From: Bacillus subtilis subsp. subtilis str. 168
Lineage (GTDB): Bacteria; Bacillota; Bacilli; Bacillales; Bacillaceae
Direction of reading: 5' to 3'
DNA: 64,000 nucleotides
Assembly: GCF_000009045.1 (NCBI RefSeq)
Contig: NC_000964.3
Coordinates: 1,116,001-1,180,000 of the forward strand
In this document: piece by piece, positions 28,753 through 37,788 of the stretch
Layout: every line of letters starts with the position of its first letter
How positions within the stretch are numbered: position 1 is the first letter of the stretch
Position numbers and translations under genes: made by a program
The notes under the pieces: model-generated
The model's input: only the letters and a program-made list of their open reading frames with translations
The model's database searches: none
Told to the model about the DNA's origin: nothing

Positions 28753-31700
28753 AGCCGATCGCCTTAAGCATTAAGGGGCTCCACAGCTTTAGAGAGGAGC
28801 AGACGATAGATTTTGAAGGCCTTTCCGGTGCCGGTGTTTTCGGCATTTTCGGCCCGACAGGAAGCGGTAAATCCTCTATACTCGACGCAATGACGCTTGC
28901 TTTATACGGAAAGGTGGAACGGGCGGCGAATAATACGCACGGAATCTTAAATCACGCCGAAGATACGCTGTCTGTGTCCTTTACCTTTGCGCTTCAGACG
29001 AATCACCAAATCTCATACAAAGTCGAGCGTGTGTTTAAGAGAACGGATGAAATGAAGGTAAAAACGGCACTTTGCCGCTTCATCGAAATCAAGGACGAGC
29101 ATACGGTGCTGGCTGATAAAGCCAGCGAAGTGAATAAAAGAGTGGAGGAGCTCTTAGGGCTGACGATCGACGATTTTACGAGAGCGGTGGTGCTGCCCCA
29201 AGGGAAATTTGCTGAATTTCTGTCTTTAAAAGGGGCAGAGCGCAGGCATATGCTTCAGCGTTTATTTAATTTGGAGCAATATGGAGACAGGCTTGTGAAA
29301 AAGCTGAGACGGCAGGCGCAGGAAGCCAATGCGAGAAAAAATGAAATGCTTGCTGAACAGTCCGGTCTCGGTGAGGCGAGCTCAGAGGCAGTGGAGCAGG
29401 CTGAAAAGGTTCTCGAACAAGCTGAAGCCCGGCTGGAAGCGATGAGGAAGAACCGTGATCAGGCGAAGGAGCGGTTTACAGAGCATCAGGAGATATGGAA
29501 TGTCCAAAAGGAAAAATCCACTTATGAAGAAGAGGAAAAACGTCTCGCAGAAGAACAGCCGCATATAGACAGCATGCAAAAACGCCTGCTGGAAGCAGAA
29601 ACAGCAGCAGCCCTTAAGCCCTATGCGGACCGGTACGCAGAAGCGATCCAGCATGAGGAGCAAGCTGAAAAGGAACAAACGCTAGCCCAAAAGGATTTAG
29701 CAGACCGGACAGCTTTCTTTCAGCAAAAACATGAAGAGTATGAAGCGTGGCGCCAGCATAAAAGCGAGAAAGAGCCTGAGCTTTTAGCCAAACAGGAACA
29801 GCTTTCACGCTTGCAGGAAATCGAAATCAAACTGAGTGAGGCCAAGCAAGAGGAAGAGCGCAAAAAGGCTGACCTCCGGCAGAAAGAAGAGGCTCTTCAA
29901 TCTGTCATGAATGAATTAGAGACCGTAACAGACCGCCTGACACGAGGGCAAAACAGACAGACAGAATTGAAGCAGCAGCTCAAATCCCTGCAGGTGACAT
30001 CCGATGAGCGAAAAAGCTGCCAGCAGGCCGCAGAGATGGCATTGCGCATCAGACAAACCGAGGAACAAATCAAAAAAGAGAAAAAACGAAGTGAAGAATT
30101 GAACCTCGTGCTGCAGAAGATGAATGAAGAGAAGAATACACTCGTTCAAAAGACGGAAGCGGAAGAAAACAACATCATTCAGGCATATGAGGCAGTTCAA
30201 ACTGTGTACCATTTGGTGTGCGAAACGGAACGCTCATTAACACGTATGACGGAAGAGGCTAGAAAGAGTCAACACACGCTTCACTTACAGCGTGAAAAAG
30301 CAAGGGTGGCACTGCTGACAAAAGAGTTAGCCCAAAAGCTGACTGCCGGAAAGCCTTGCCCGGTATGCGGTTCAACCGATCATGATCCATCTGCCTCGGT
30401 ACATGAAACGTATGAAGCCGACAGCCATCTTGAAGAGGACATCAAACGGACAGATGTGTTATTGACGGAAGCTGCAGCTCTCAGCCAGGAGATTCTTTCA
30501 GCCAAAATTATGCTTGAAGAACAGTCCGCGCGCTTTATTGAACAGTGTCCGTTTTTGCAGACAATTCAAGCACAGAACCTTGAAGCGGCAGCTTCCTTCG
30601 AACATCAGCCGGTGTATGAAGCATTTGAAACTGCCAAATTTGAATGGAAACGAATCAAGCAGGACATTCTTTCTGTTAAGACACGAATGGCACAAATGAT
30701 TGGCGCCTATCAGGAGTCTTTAAAAAAGGCCGAGCAGCTTAATGAAAAAATCGGTTTTGAAAAAAGAGAAGCCGACCGTATTGAAAGCATCATCAGTGAG
30801 CTTCAATCCTCAATGGACAGCAGTCTGAACATGTTTAAAGAAGCATTTCAGAATCAATCTGTGGACGAAGCAGAAAAATGGCAGCAAGCCATTGAAGAAA
30901 AGGACCGGGCTGCAGAAGAATGTGAAAAACGAATTGAGAAGAGTATCGCGTTTCTTGCTGAGCATGAAGCACAAAAGGAAAAACTGCGGGAATCGGGACA
31001 CCGGCTTGAGCGGGAAAAGCTGGAGCTTCATTATGCGGCTGAACGCATCAAGAGCGTGATAGCTGATTATGAGCACGAACTCGGAGATTATGCAAAAGGA
31101 GATTCGATTCAAATCAAACTCCGCTCTGTCCAGCAGGATCTAAAGCTGTTAAAGGAAAAAGAACAATCTTTATATGAAGAACTGCAAAGCGCCCAAATGA
31201 AGCTCAACCAAGCGAAAAGCCGCGCTTCTGCAAGCGAGCTCACTCTTCAAGAGGCGAAGGGCAGATTGGAAAAAGCAAAAGCTGCTTGGCTTGAGCATAC
31301 AAAAAACACCTCCATTACCCGGACTGAGGAGGTTGAACAAAGTCTCATCCCAGCTGATGAACTTGAAAAGATGAAAACCGGCATAGACCAGTTTATGGAT
31401 AAACTGAAGCAAAATGCTGCAAACTTAAAACGAGTAGCAGAGATACTTGCCGGCAGAGCATTATCAGAGAGCGAATGGAACGAAACCGTTGCAGCATTAC
31501 AAGAAGCTGAGGACGCATTTGGCGCTGCTATAGAGGAAAAAGGCGCGGCCGCAAAAGCACTGGCTGTCATTCGCGACCATCATAAACGGTTTAATGAAAT
31601 TGAAGCTGAACTGAAAAAATGGCAGATGCATATCGACAGGCTGGACAAGCTGCAAGCTGTGTTTAAAGGCAATACCTTCGTCGAATTTTTAGCTGAGGAG

Positions 31701-32141
31701 CAGCTTGAAAGCGTTGCGAGGGACGCCTCAGCAAGACTCAGTATGCTGACAAGACAGCGCTATGCCATCGAAGTAGATTCTGAGGGCGGCTTCGTGATGC
31801 GGGATGACGCGAATGGAGGCGTACGACGCCCGGTTTCCAGTTTGTCTGGAGGAGAGACCTTCCTCACCTCGCTTTCACTTGCTCTTGCGCTGTCTGCGCA
31901 GATTCAGCTTCGGGGGGAATACCCGCTGCAGTTCTTTTTCTTAGATGAAGGCTTCGGCACACTGGATCAAGATCTGCTTGATACGGTTGTAACGGCCTTG
32001 GAAAAACTTCAGTCAGACAACCTGGCTGTCGGTGTCATCAGCCATGTGCAGGAACTGCGTGCACGGCTTCCGAAAAAGCTGATCGTCCATCCGGCTGAAC
32101 CGAGCGGCCGCGGTACGCGGGTATCACTTGAGTTGATGTAA
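28749..32141 (+). CDS. sbcC: SbcC (Rad50-like) SMC ATPase
   Basis: GPTGSGKS, long coiled coil, CPVCG zinc hook, LSGGE, FFLDEGFG. Confidence 0.97.
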   Translation: MKPIALSIKGLHSFREEQTIDFEGLSGAGVFGIFGPTGSGKSSILDAMTLALYGKVERAANNTHGILNHAEDTLSVSFTFALQTNHQISYKVERVFKRTDEMKVKTALCRFIEIKDEHTVLADKASEVNKRVEELLGLTIDDFTRAVVLPQGKFAEFLSLKGAERRHMLQRLFNLEQYGDRLVKKLRRQAQEANARKNEMLAEQSGLGEASSEAVEQAEKVLEQAEARLEAMRKNRDQAKERFTEHQEIWNVQKEKSTYEEEEKRLAEEQPHIDSMQKRLLEAETAAALKPYADRYAEAIQHEEQAEKEQTLAQKDLADRTAFFQQKHEEYEAWRQHKSEKEPELLAKQEQLSRLQEIEIKLSEAKQEEERKKADLRQKEEALQSVMNELETVTDRLTRGQNRQTELKQQLKSLQVTSDERKSCQQAAEMALRIRQTEEQIKKEKKRSEELNLVLQKMNEEKNTLVQKTEAEENNIIQAYEAVQTVYHLVCETERSLTRMTEEARKSQHTLHLQREKARVALLTKELAQKLTAGKPCPVCGSTDHDPSASVHETYEADSHLEEDIKRTDVLLTEAAALSQEILSAKIMLEEQSARFIEQCPFLQTIQAQNLEAAASFEHQPVYEAFETAKFEWKRIKQDILSVKTRMAQMIGAYQESLKKAEQLNEKIGFEKREADRIESIISELQSSMDSSLNMFKEAFQNQSVDEAEKWQQAIEEKDRAAEECEKRIEKSIAFLAEHEAQKEKLRESGHRLEREKLELHYAAERIKSVIADYEHELGDYAKGDSIQIKLRSVQQDLKLLKEKEQSLYEELQSAQMKLNQAKSRASASELTLQEAKGRLEKAKAAWLEHTKNTSITRTEEVEQSLIPADELEKMKTGIDQFMDKLKQNAANLKRVAEILAGRALSESEWNETVAALQEAEDAFGAAIEEKGAAAKALAVIRDHHKRFNEIEAELKKWQMHIDRLDKLQAVFKGNTFVEFLAEEQLESVARDASARLSMLTRQRYAIEVDSEGGFVMRDDANGGVRRPVSSLSGGETFLTSLSLALALSAQIQLRGEYPLQFFFLDEGFGTLDQDLLDTVVTALEKLQSDNLAVGVISHVQELRARLPKKLIVHPAEPSGRGTRVSLELM

Positions 32142-32154
32142 GGGAGGAGCGGAT

Positions 32155-32457
32155 ATGGCAAAGCAGATTGCCGGAATATGTGAGCTGTGCGGCCGGAGCG
32201 ATGTCCAGCTGACAGAGCATCATCTTACACCGAAAGAGGAAGGCGGAACGTTTTTGCCGACAGCGATGCTCTGTATTCCTTGTCATAAACAGATTCATGC
32301 CTTATATACCAATCAAGAGCTCGCTGTACGTTTAAATGGAATGGCTGAACTCAGAAGCGATCCAGAGCTTGCCCGGTTTGTCAAATGGATCAGAAAACAG
32401 CCGCCTGAGAAGCTGATCAAAACTAAGAAATCAAATGAACGAAAAAAGAAAAAATGA
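32155..32457 (+). CDS. yisB: HNH nuclease-like protein (100 aa)
   Basis: CELC...HHLTP...CIPCHKQIH. GGGAGGAG RBS. Confidence 0.9.
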   Translation: MAKQIAGICELCGRSDVQLTEHHLTPKEEGGTFLPTAMLCIPCHKQIHALYTNQELAVRLNGMAELRSDPELARFVKWIRKQPPEKLIKTKKSNERKKKK

Positions 32458-32460
32458 CTA

Positions 32461-32495
32461 AAAAGCAGCCCTCTCTTTGCAGAGCGGCTGCTTTT
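32461..32495. terminator. Bidirectional terminator between yisB and gerPF
   Basis: AAAAGCAGCC...GGCTGCTTTT. Confidence 0.85.
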
Positions 32496-32712
32496 ATCCG
32501 TTTCCAACCATATCCTGATCGTTGACATCGGGGTCTATATAATTTGTCGCGTTGACTGCATTATTTAATAGAAGGAAATCTCCCGTGTTTCCTGCTCCCG
32601 AACCGAGCGCAGATTTTGAAGAGCTTTTCGGAGAAAGGTAAAAGGAATCACCAAAGTTTACGACTCCGCCCGATATGGAATTGATAGCTATAGGCCCGAC
32701 AATTGCTGGCAT
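32494..32712 (-). CDS. gerPF: Spore germination protein GerPF
   Basis: MPAIVGPIAINSISGGVVNFGD; paralogue of GerPA. Confidence 0.93.
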   Translation of the reverse strand: MPAIVGPIAINSISGGVVNFGDSFYLSPKSSSKSALGSGAGNTGDFLLLNNAVNATNYIDPDVNDQDMVGNG

Positions 32713-32743
32713 AAACGACACCCTTTATCGAAGTCTCTGTTTA

Positions 32744-33145
32744 TTATATGTTCTTGGCGGGCGATTGTGAGCGCGGAGACTGAATCTGTCTGATATGTTT
32801 GAGTCTCGCATCACCGCGAATAAGCGAAGCTGATCCGGCATGTAAAACAGAAGAGGCTGAGACCCCTTGAATTTTGATGCTGCGAACATAAATAGCCGGC
32901 ACCTCGTGGCAAAACGCGCTTTGTACACCTGTTTCGGGGAGCGGCTTCACGGCCTGCTGCTGAAAGATCTGATACTCCTTTTTGTTAAATGAGCCTTCAT
33001 TATGGTAAAACGTGGACAGAGAACGCTGCACAGCAAATACTTTTACACTCATATCGATTTCATTTGTGTCGCCAACTTGAAACACACTTGCGATCCCGAG
33101 AGAATTAAACTTAACTAGTCTGATGCGCGATATGCGTTTAAGCAT
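32744..33145 (-). CDS. gerPE: Spore germination protein GerPE
   Basis: Recognised sequence and operon position. Confidence 0.92.
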
Positions 33146-33321
33146 TATTCTGGCGCAAGCGGAGCAAACGGCCCAATAATAAGAGATTCAGGCGGTGTAT
33201 CAAAAATAGAAGACAGGTAGATGGATTCAGTGTCTCCGATGTGGAAAACGGAGGAACTGGACACACCGTTCATCCGAATATCCCCGACTTCCAAGCTGCG
33301 GTTGATGACTGTAAAGATCAT
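33145..33321 (-). CDS. gerPD: Spore germination protein GerPD (58 aa; missing from the ORF track)
   Basis: Hand-translated [58 protein letters not shown]. Overlaps both neighbours. Confidence 0.93.
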
Positions 33322-33935
33322 GCTTGCTCATCTCCTTTCATTTCTGATGGAATATGCTCCAGAAAGTGTTCTACAGCGCGGATGACATCACGCTTCACAT
33401 GCTCAGCGATATGTTCTGCATATTGTGCAGGCGGTGTATTTTCTTCTTTTTTGATATGGGACATATAATAGTGAATCCTGCTGTCCATTTGTTTTCTGAT
33501 GTCTTCAATAACATGATGTCTGTTTGTATCGTCAAGTCTGCTGTCATATTGATTTTCAAGCTGTTCCAAAATATCTGGGATTTCCTCGGTTAAGTACATG
33601 TCGACATTCTGGCGGATCTGCTGCATGAGCTGAGCGCTCTCTTCCTGCTGCATCATCCCGATTTGCGGTGTCGACTGGCTGACGTCAAAGTTTTGGACGC
33701 TGTTCGGGTCAGTCGGATTTAAACCGATATTCAAAGTCCCGTCGAGCCTTTCGATTTTCAGCTGATCAAATTTATACTCCACACGCTCAATGGTAGTGGC
33801 CGGCCGCTGTTTCATCGTATTCATTTCAGTTTGAATCTCTTTCAGCTGACGTTCGAGCTGCTGAATGTGAATCGCCTGCTGCTGAACGAAGGAATTCAAG
33901 TTTTGCAGGTAAGAGGAAACAGATTGATCATACAT
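33318..33935 (-). CDS. gerPC: Spore germination protein GerPC
   Basis: MYDQSV... after an AGGTGA RBS; N-terminal coiled coil. Confidence 0.92.
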   Translation of the reverse strand: MYDQSVSSYLQNLNSFVQQQAIHIQQLERQLKEIQTEMNTMKQRPATTIERVEYKFDQLKIERLDGTLNIGLNPTDPNSVQNFDVSQSTPQIGMMQQEESAQLMQQIRQNVDMYLTEEIPDILEQLENQYDSRLDDTNRHHVIEDIRKQMDSRIHYYMSHIKKEENTPPAQYAEHIAEHVKRDVIRAVEHFLEHIPSEMKGDEQA

Positions 33936-33957
33936 GTTCTTCACCTCTTTCATATGA

Positions 33958-34191
33958 TTAACGGCCAGGAGGCTGGAGCGGGACCAATGAACCTGTGTCG
34001 GGCTCCTGCAGCTGGAGCGGTTGCCCTGAGCCAGAAACTTCTGGTGCCGGCTCTACATAGCTTCCTGTATTATACAAATTTGACAGTGACTTGATTGATC
34101 CGGCGCTCCCGATTTGCAGAATGGAGGAGTTGCTGATTGATTCCAGCCGGAGATAGTTGATTTGAATGGTTTGATTAATATAGAAGTTCAT
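33958..34191 (-). CDS. gerPB: Spore germination protein GerPB
   Basis: MNFYINQ... after an AAGGAGTG RBS. Confidence 0.9.
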   Translation of the reverse strand: MNFYINQTIQINYLRLESISNSSILQIGSAGSIKSLSNLYNTGSYVEPAPEVSGSGQPLQLQEPDTGSLVPLQPPGR

Positions 34192-34205
34192 GAGCCTCAC
34201 TCCTT

Positions 34206-34427
34206 TTACGCATTGGCCACGATCGGCTGATCAACCGCATCATTGTCATACACATTCGTCGCGTTTTGATAATTCATCACCTTGAGGCTGTCGCCGGTAT
34301 TAAAGCTGCCAGCACCGGCAAACGTTCTGACCTGAGCCTGAGGAGAAATCGTAATGCAGTCCCCGATGTGAACGACTCCGCTCGTACCAATCGCATTAAT
34401 TTTAAACGCTCCGACAATGGCCGGCAT
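34206..34427 (-). CDS. gerPA: Spore germination protein GerPA
   Basis: [23 protein letters not shown]; AAGGA RBS. Confidence 0.93.
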
Positions 34428-34509
34428 ACGAGCACATCCTTTGTTGAAAAATTAAAAAAAGACAGGTAAAGTGAAATGACAATTCCGATTTCAATTGGGC
34501 TATTCACGA

Positions 34510-34538
34510 TAGCTTATGACAAACGCACATATGTGTGA
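34510..34538 (-). promoter_or_regulatory. SigK-type promoter of gerP
   Basis: Minus strand -10 CATA-AGC-TA with a CAC/AC element about 16 nt upstream. Confidence 0.55.
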
Positions 34539-34849
34539 GAGAAATTTTAAGGGGACATATCGGCTCTTTGTGAAAGCGTTTTATTTTTTCGGGCCGTTAT
34601 GTTTAAACATGGCAAAAGAGGATGTTGGGTATAAATTGAGCGGAAATGCGGCGAAGGATGCCGCTATCCGCCTATGGTGATTTTTGTTTATTTCTTTGGT
34701 GTTTTTGCGTGTAGAATGCTTTTTGGAGTATGTCGTGCTGCGGTATTCGATTTTTGGGCGGGCACATTCTCGCCCTGAGGTATATCTCAGAAGTGCTGAG
34801 CAAAAATCGGAGTTAAATGTGGTGTATTCTAATTGTTATAGAAAATGAT

Positions 34850-35020
34850 TTACATACGGGAGTTTTCAAGATATCTCCCAAAAATCATTTCTTCTTTAAT
34901 CCGGGTATTCAGCAGGATATCCAGCTCTTGGCTGCATTGAATCGTTTCTTTTGAATTCATGCCGTATTTTTGTGCGGTTTCAATTAGTGTGATCCTCATT
35001 TCTTCAATTTTACTGTTCAT
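34850..35020 (-). CDS. yisI: Spo0E-family Spo0A-P phosphatase (56 aa; missing from the ORF track)
   Basis: Hand-translated MNSKIEEMRITLIETAQKYGMNSKETIQCSQELDILLNTRIK...; SQELD signature; GGAG RBS. Confidence 0.93.
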   Translation of the reverse strand: MNSKIEEMRITLIETAQKYGMNSKETIQCSQELDILLNTRIKEEMIFGRYLENSRM

Positions 35021-35072
35021 TACGCTATCTCCAATTCTAGATTTTATTTTGATATAAATACAGGATATCGTT

Positions 35073-35111
35073 AGTATAACCTATTTTGGCTCAAAAGGTT
35101 GCCTTTCGTCA
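35073..35111 (-). promoter_or_regulatory. Candidate Spo0A-activated promoter of yisI
   Basis: Minus strand -10 TATACT, poor -35, and 0A box TGACGAA (35105-35111) just upstream. Confidence 0.5.
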
Positions 35112-35165
35112 ATTTGACTAAAAAAGCGACAATTTTTGCTGCGGCCTTTTTTAATGGAGAAAGGA

Positions 35166-36089
35166 CTAAAGTCTTGCTAAGTGTGCTTGCAAAAAGTCCT
35201 GCCGTTCCTCAATTTCTCTAAGTATGTTGGTCTGCTCCTTTTCGATTTGAAAGGGGCTTTTTTTGATAAAAGGATCATCAGCAGCACTTTGACAAATGTC
35301 AAGGTGCCATTCGTTGATGAGAGGAGATAATCGTTCAATAGTAAACGACCGCTTCAGCACGTTTTTCATTAAGGTGTGATATTGCGACCTGAAGGCGGGA
35401 ATGGATAGAAGCCTTGACGAAAGCGTCTTTCCTTTTGTCAGAAGCGGGTCTTCTTCATACCATTCTTGTACGGCAAGCGATCTTGTCTCCATCGGGGAAA
35501 CGTAAAGCCGACCGGATTCGTTTAAACAAAATGTGTAGTAAAAGCCTTGATTGGTGCAGGTGTTGCCGATCAGCCACAAAAAAAACAGCTTGACATCCAG
35601 ATACAATTTAATCCTTTCAGCCAATTCGTCATCTCCGGCTGTGCGGATCAGTATGAAAAATTCATGTAAGAATGCCGAGGAATCATTGTTAAAAAGGGAC
35701 AATGGAACCCTTGGATCGGCCGTCTTCACTCCGTAACTCCTTTTACCGGCTGGCTGATGGTTCTTGATGTTCAAATAAATGCCTTCAGGCTGGCCATTGA
35801 TGGTCAGAAAGCTGTACGAGGCAACGGGAGCAGGTACGCCGATCTGGTCAAAAAAACAATAGGCGAGTCTGCGCCGCATCAGGGACGGATCATCCTGTTC
35901 TGCATTCAAAAAAAGTGTCCTTTCACCAAGCAGAGACTTTTCCCAGCTGATTTCATAGGATGCCTTTTCCGCTCTGTCACGCTGTGTGAGAAGAATGGGA
36001 GAAACAGATCGATCTGTTACGAAAAGCCCCTTGGCTGTACCTTTCCTTTTCAGCTGCTCCCGATGAAAAAATAAATGCACGCGCTCCAT
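35166..36089 (-). CDS. yisJ: CotH-family spore protein, probably catalytically degenerate
   Basis: LNAEQDDPSLMR...NGQPEGIY aligns with the CotH LNAEY.DPSLMR...NG..EGVY block. Confidence 0.85.
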   Translation of the reverse strand: MERVHLFFHREQLKRKGTAKGLFVTDRSVSPILLTQRDRAEKASYEISWEKSLLGERTLFLNAEQDDPSLMRRRLAYCFFDQIGVPAPVASYSFLTINGQPEGIYLNIKNHQPAGKRSYGVKTADPRVPLSLFNNDSSAFLHEFFILIRTAGDDELAERIKLYLDVKLFFLWLIGNTCTNQGFYYTFCLNESGRLYVSPMETRSLAVQEWYEEDPLLTKGKTLSSRLLSIPAFRSQYHTLMKNVLKRSFTIERLSPLINEWHLDICQSAADDPFIKKSPFQIEKEQTNILREIEERQDFLQAHLARL

Positions 36090-36243
36090 ATTCTTTCCTC
36101 CTTCTCAAAACGACATTTGTATGATATGTAGAGCAAGCCCGTCCTGAAACGAAATGAAAACGGAATTGAGAAAAAGGGATTTCAGCATTCGACAGAGAAT
36201 ACATGAAGGAGCATTCTGATTTAAAAGATGATGGAGGAATAAC

Positions 36244-37149
36244 ATGAAATTTGCGACAGGGGAACTTTACAACCGAATGTTTGTCGGCCTGATCATTGAC
36301 GATGAGAAAATTATGGATTTGCAGAAGGCTGAAAAAAAACTGTTTGAACTTGAGACGATTCCGGGATCGCTGATTGAATGTATCGCAGAAGGGGATAAAT
36401 TCGTTGCGCATGCAAGGCAGCTGGCCGAGTGGGCAAAGAAACCGAATGATGAGCTGGGATCATTTATGTATTCATTATCTGAGGTGAAGCTCCATGCACC
36501 CATTCCGAAGCCATCAAAAAATATCATCTGCATCGGCAAAAACTACCGGGATCACGCGATTGAAATGGGGAGCGAGGCTGATATTCCGGAGCATCCGATG
36601 GTATTTACAAAATCGCCGGTAACGGTTACGGGGCATGGTGATATCGTAAAGAGCCATGAAGAGGTTACCTCTCAGCTTGATTATGAGGGAGAACTTGCTG
36701 TCGTGATCGGAAAAAGCGGGACTCGCATTTCAAAAGAAGATGCATATGACCATGTTTTCGGATATACGATTGTGAATGATATCACGGCGCGTGATCTGCA
36801 AAAAAGGCATAAGCAGTTTTTTATCGGAAAAAGCTTGGATACGACATGTCCGATGGGGCCCGTGCTTGTACATAAATCATCTATTCAGGAGCCAGAGCGC
36901 CTCAAGGTTGAAACAAGAGTCAACGGCGAGCTGCGCCAATCCGGTTCGGCAAGCGATATGATCTTTTCCATTCCGGAATTAATTGAAACCCTCTCAAAGG
37001 GGATGACGCTTGAAGCGGGCGACATTATTGCCACCGGTACGCCGTCTGGTGTCGGCAAGGGGTTTACGCCTCCAAAATTCTTGCGGTCAGGTGACAAAAT
37101 TGATATTACAATTGATCCGATCGGAACGCTGTCAAACCAAATTGGCTGA
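36244..37149 (+). CDS. yisK: Fumarylacetoacetate-hydrolase-family enzyme
   Basis: CIGKNY..H, DYEGELAVVIG, NDITARD, GKSLD, TGTP.GVG. Confidence 0.93.
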   Translation: MKFATGELYNRMFVGLIIDDEKIMDLQKAEKKLFELETIPGSLIECIAEGDKFVAHARQLAEWAKKPNDELGSFMYSLSEVKLHAPIPKPSKNIICIGKNYRDHAIEMGSEADIPEHPMVFTKSPVTVTGHGDIVKSHEEVTSQLDYEGELAVVIGKSGTRISKEDAYDHVFGYTIVNDITARDLQKRHKQFFIGKSLDTTCPMGPVLVHKSSIQEPERLKVETRVNGELRQSGSASDMIFSIPELIETLSKGMTLEAGDIIATGTPSGVGKGFTPPKFLRSGDKIDITIDPIGTLSNQIG

Positions 37150-37160
37150 ATAAAACTGGA

Positions 37161-37187
37161 GGGCGGACCCGGACCCGCCCGTTTTTT
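37161..37187 (+). terminator. Terminator after yisK
   Basis: GGGCGG-N8-CCGCCC followed by a T-tract. Confidence 0.8.
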
Positions 37188-37264
37188 CTGATAATCATCT
37201 TTGTGACAGAGGACAAGTTCATGGTACTATAAGTGGGGTAATTTATCTGATAGGGGGAACATAT

Positions 37265-37621
37265 ATGACACACCTACATATTACGACATGGGTGGTAGCG
37301 CTGATTCTGCTTTTCGTCAGCTACTCGCTGTATTCGTCAGGAAGTGCAAAGGGCGCAAAAATCACTCATATGATTCTGCGGTTATTCTATATCCTTATTA
37401 TTTTGACAGGAGCTGAGCTGTTTGTCCGTTTCGCCAACTGGAACGGAGAATACGCCGGCAAAATGATTCTGGGCATTATCACCATCGGCCTGATGGAAAT
37501 GCTCCTCATCCGCAAGAAAAAAGAAAAATCAACAGGAGGCCTGTGGGTCGGCTTCGTCATTGTCCTTTTGCTGACAGTGCTGCTCGGTCTGCATTTGCCA
37601 ATTGGTTTTCAATTGTTTTAA
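37265..37621 (+). CDS. yisL: UPF0344/DUF1516 membrane protein
   Basis: 118 aa with 4 TM; HMILRLFYILII motif. Confidence 0.85.
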   Translation: MTHLHITTWVVALILLFVSYSLYSSGSAKGAKITHMILRLFYILIILTGAELFVRFANWNGEYAGKMILGIITIGLMEMLLIRKKKEKSTGGLWVGFVIVLLLTVLLGLHLPIGFQLF

Positions 37622-37788
37622 TAGAAAAACCTATGAACCCGGCTCTTTGATAGAGCTGGTTTTTTTTATATTTATCCCCTCATATTCCAAATCATTTAAA
37701 ATAACCTTAAAATTCCCTGTAAGCGGTATCTCGTCCTATGAAATTATGATACCTTCAAGGAGATTCATTATTTTGCAGGAGGGATAAC

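Noticed and set aside
28749-32141. Repetitive GAA/CAG-rich sequence in sbcC
   Set aside because: Explained by the Glu/Gln/Lys-rich coiled coil; not a DNA repeat element.
34571-34584. cre-like TGAAAGCGTTTTAT upstream of gerPA
   Set aside because: Two mismatches at the conserved terminal CA, and no supporting context.
34609-34680. 23-codon ORF MAKEDVGYKLSGNAAKDAAIRLW in the gerPA-yisI gap
   Set aside because: No Shine-Dalgarno sequence; coincides with a hairpin better explained as RNA structure.
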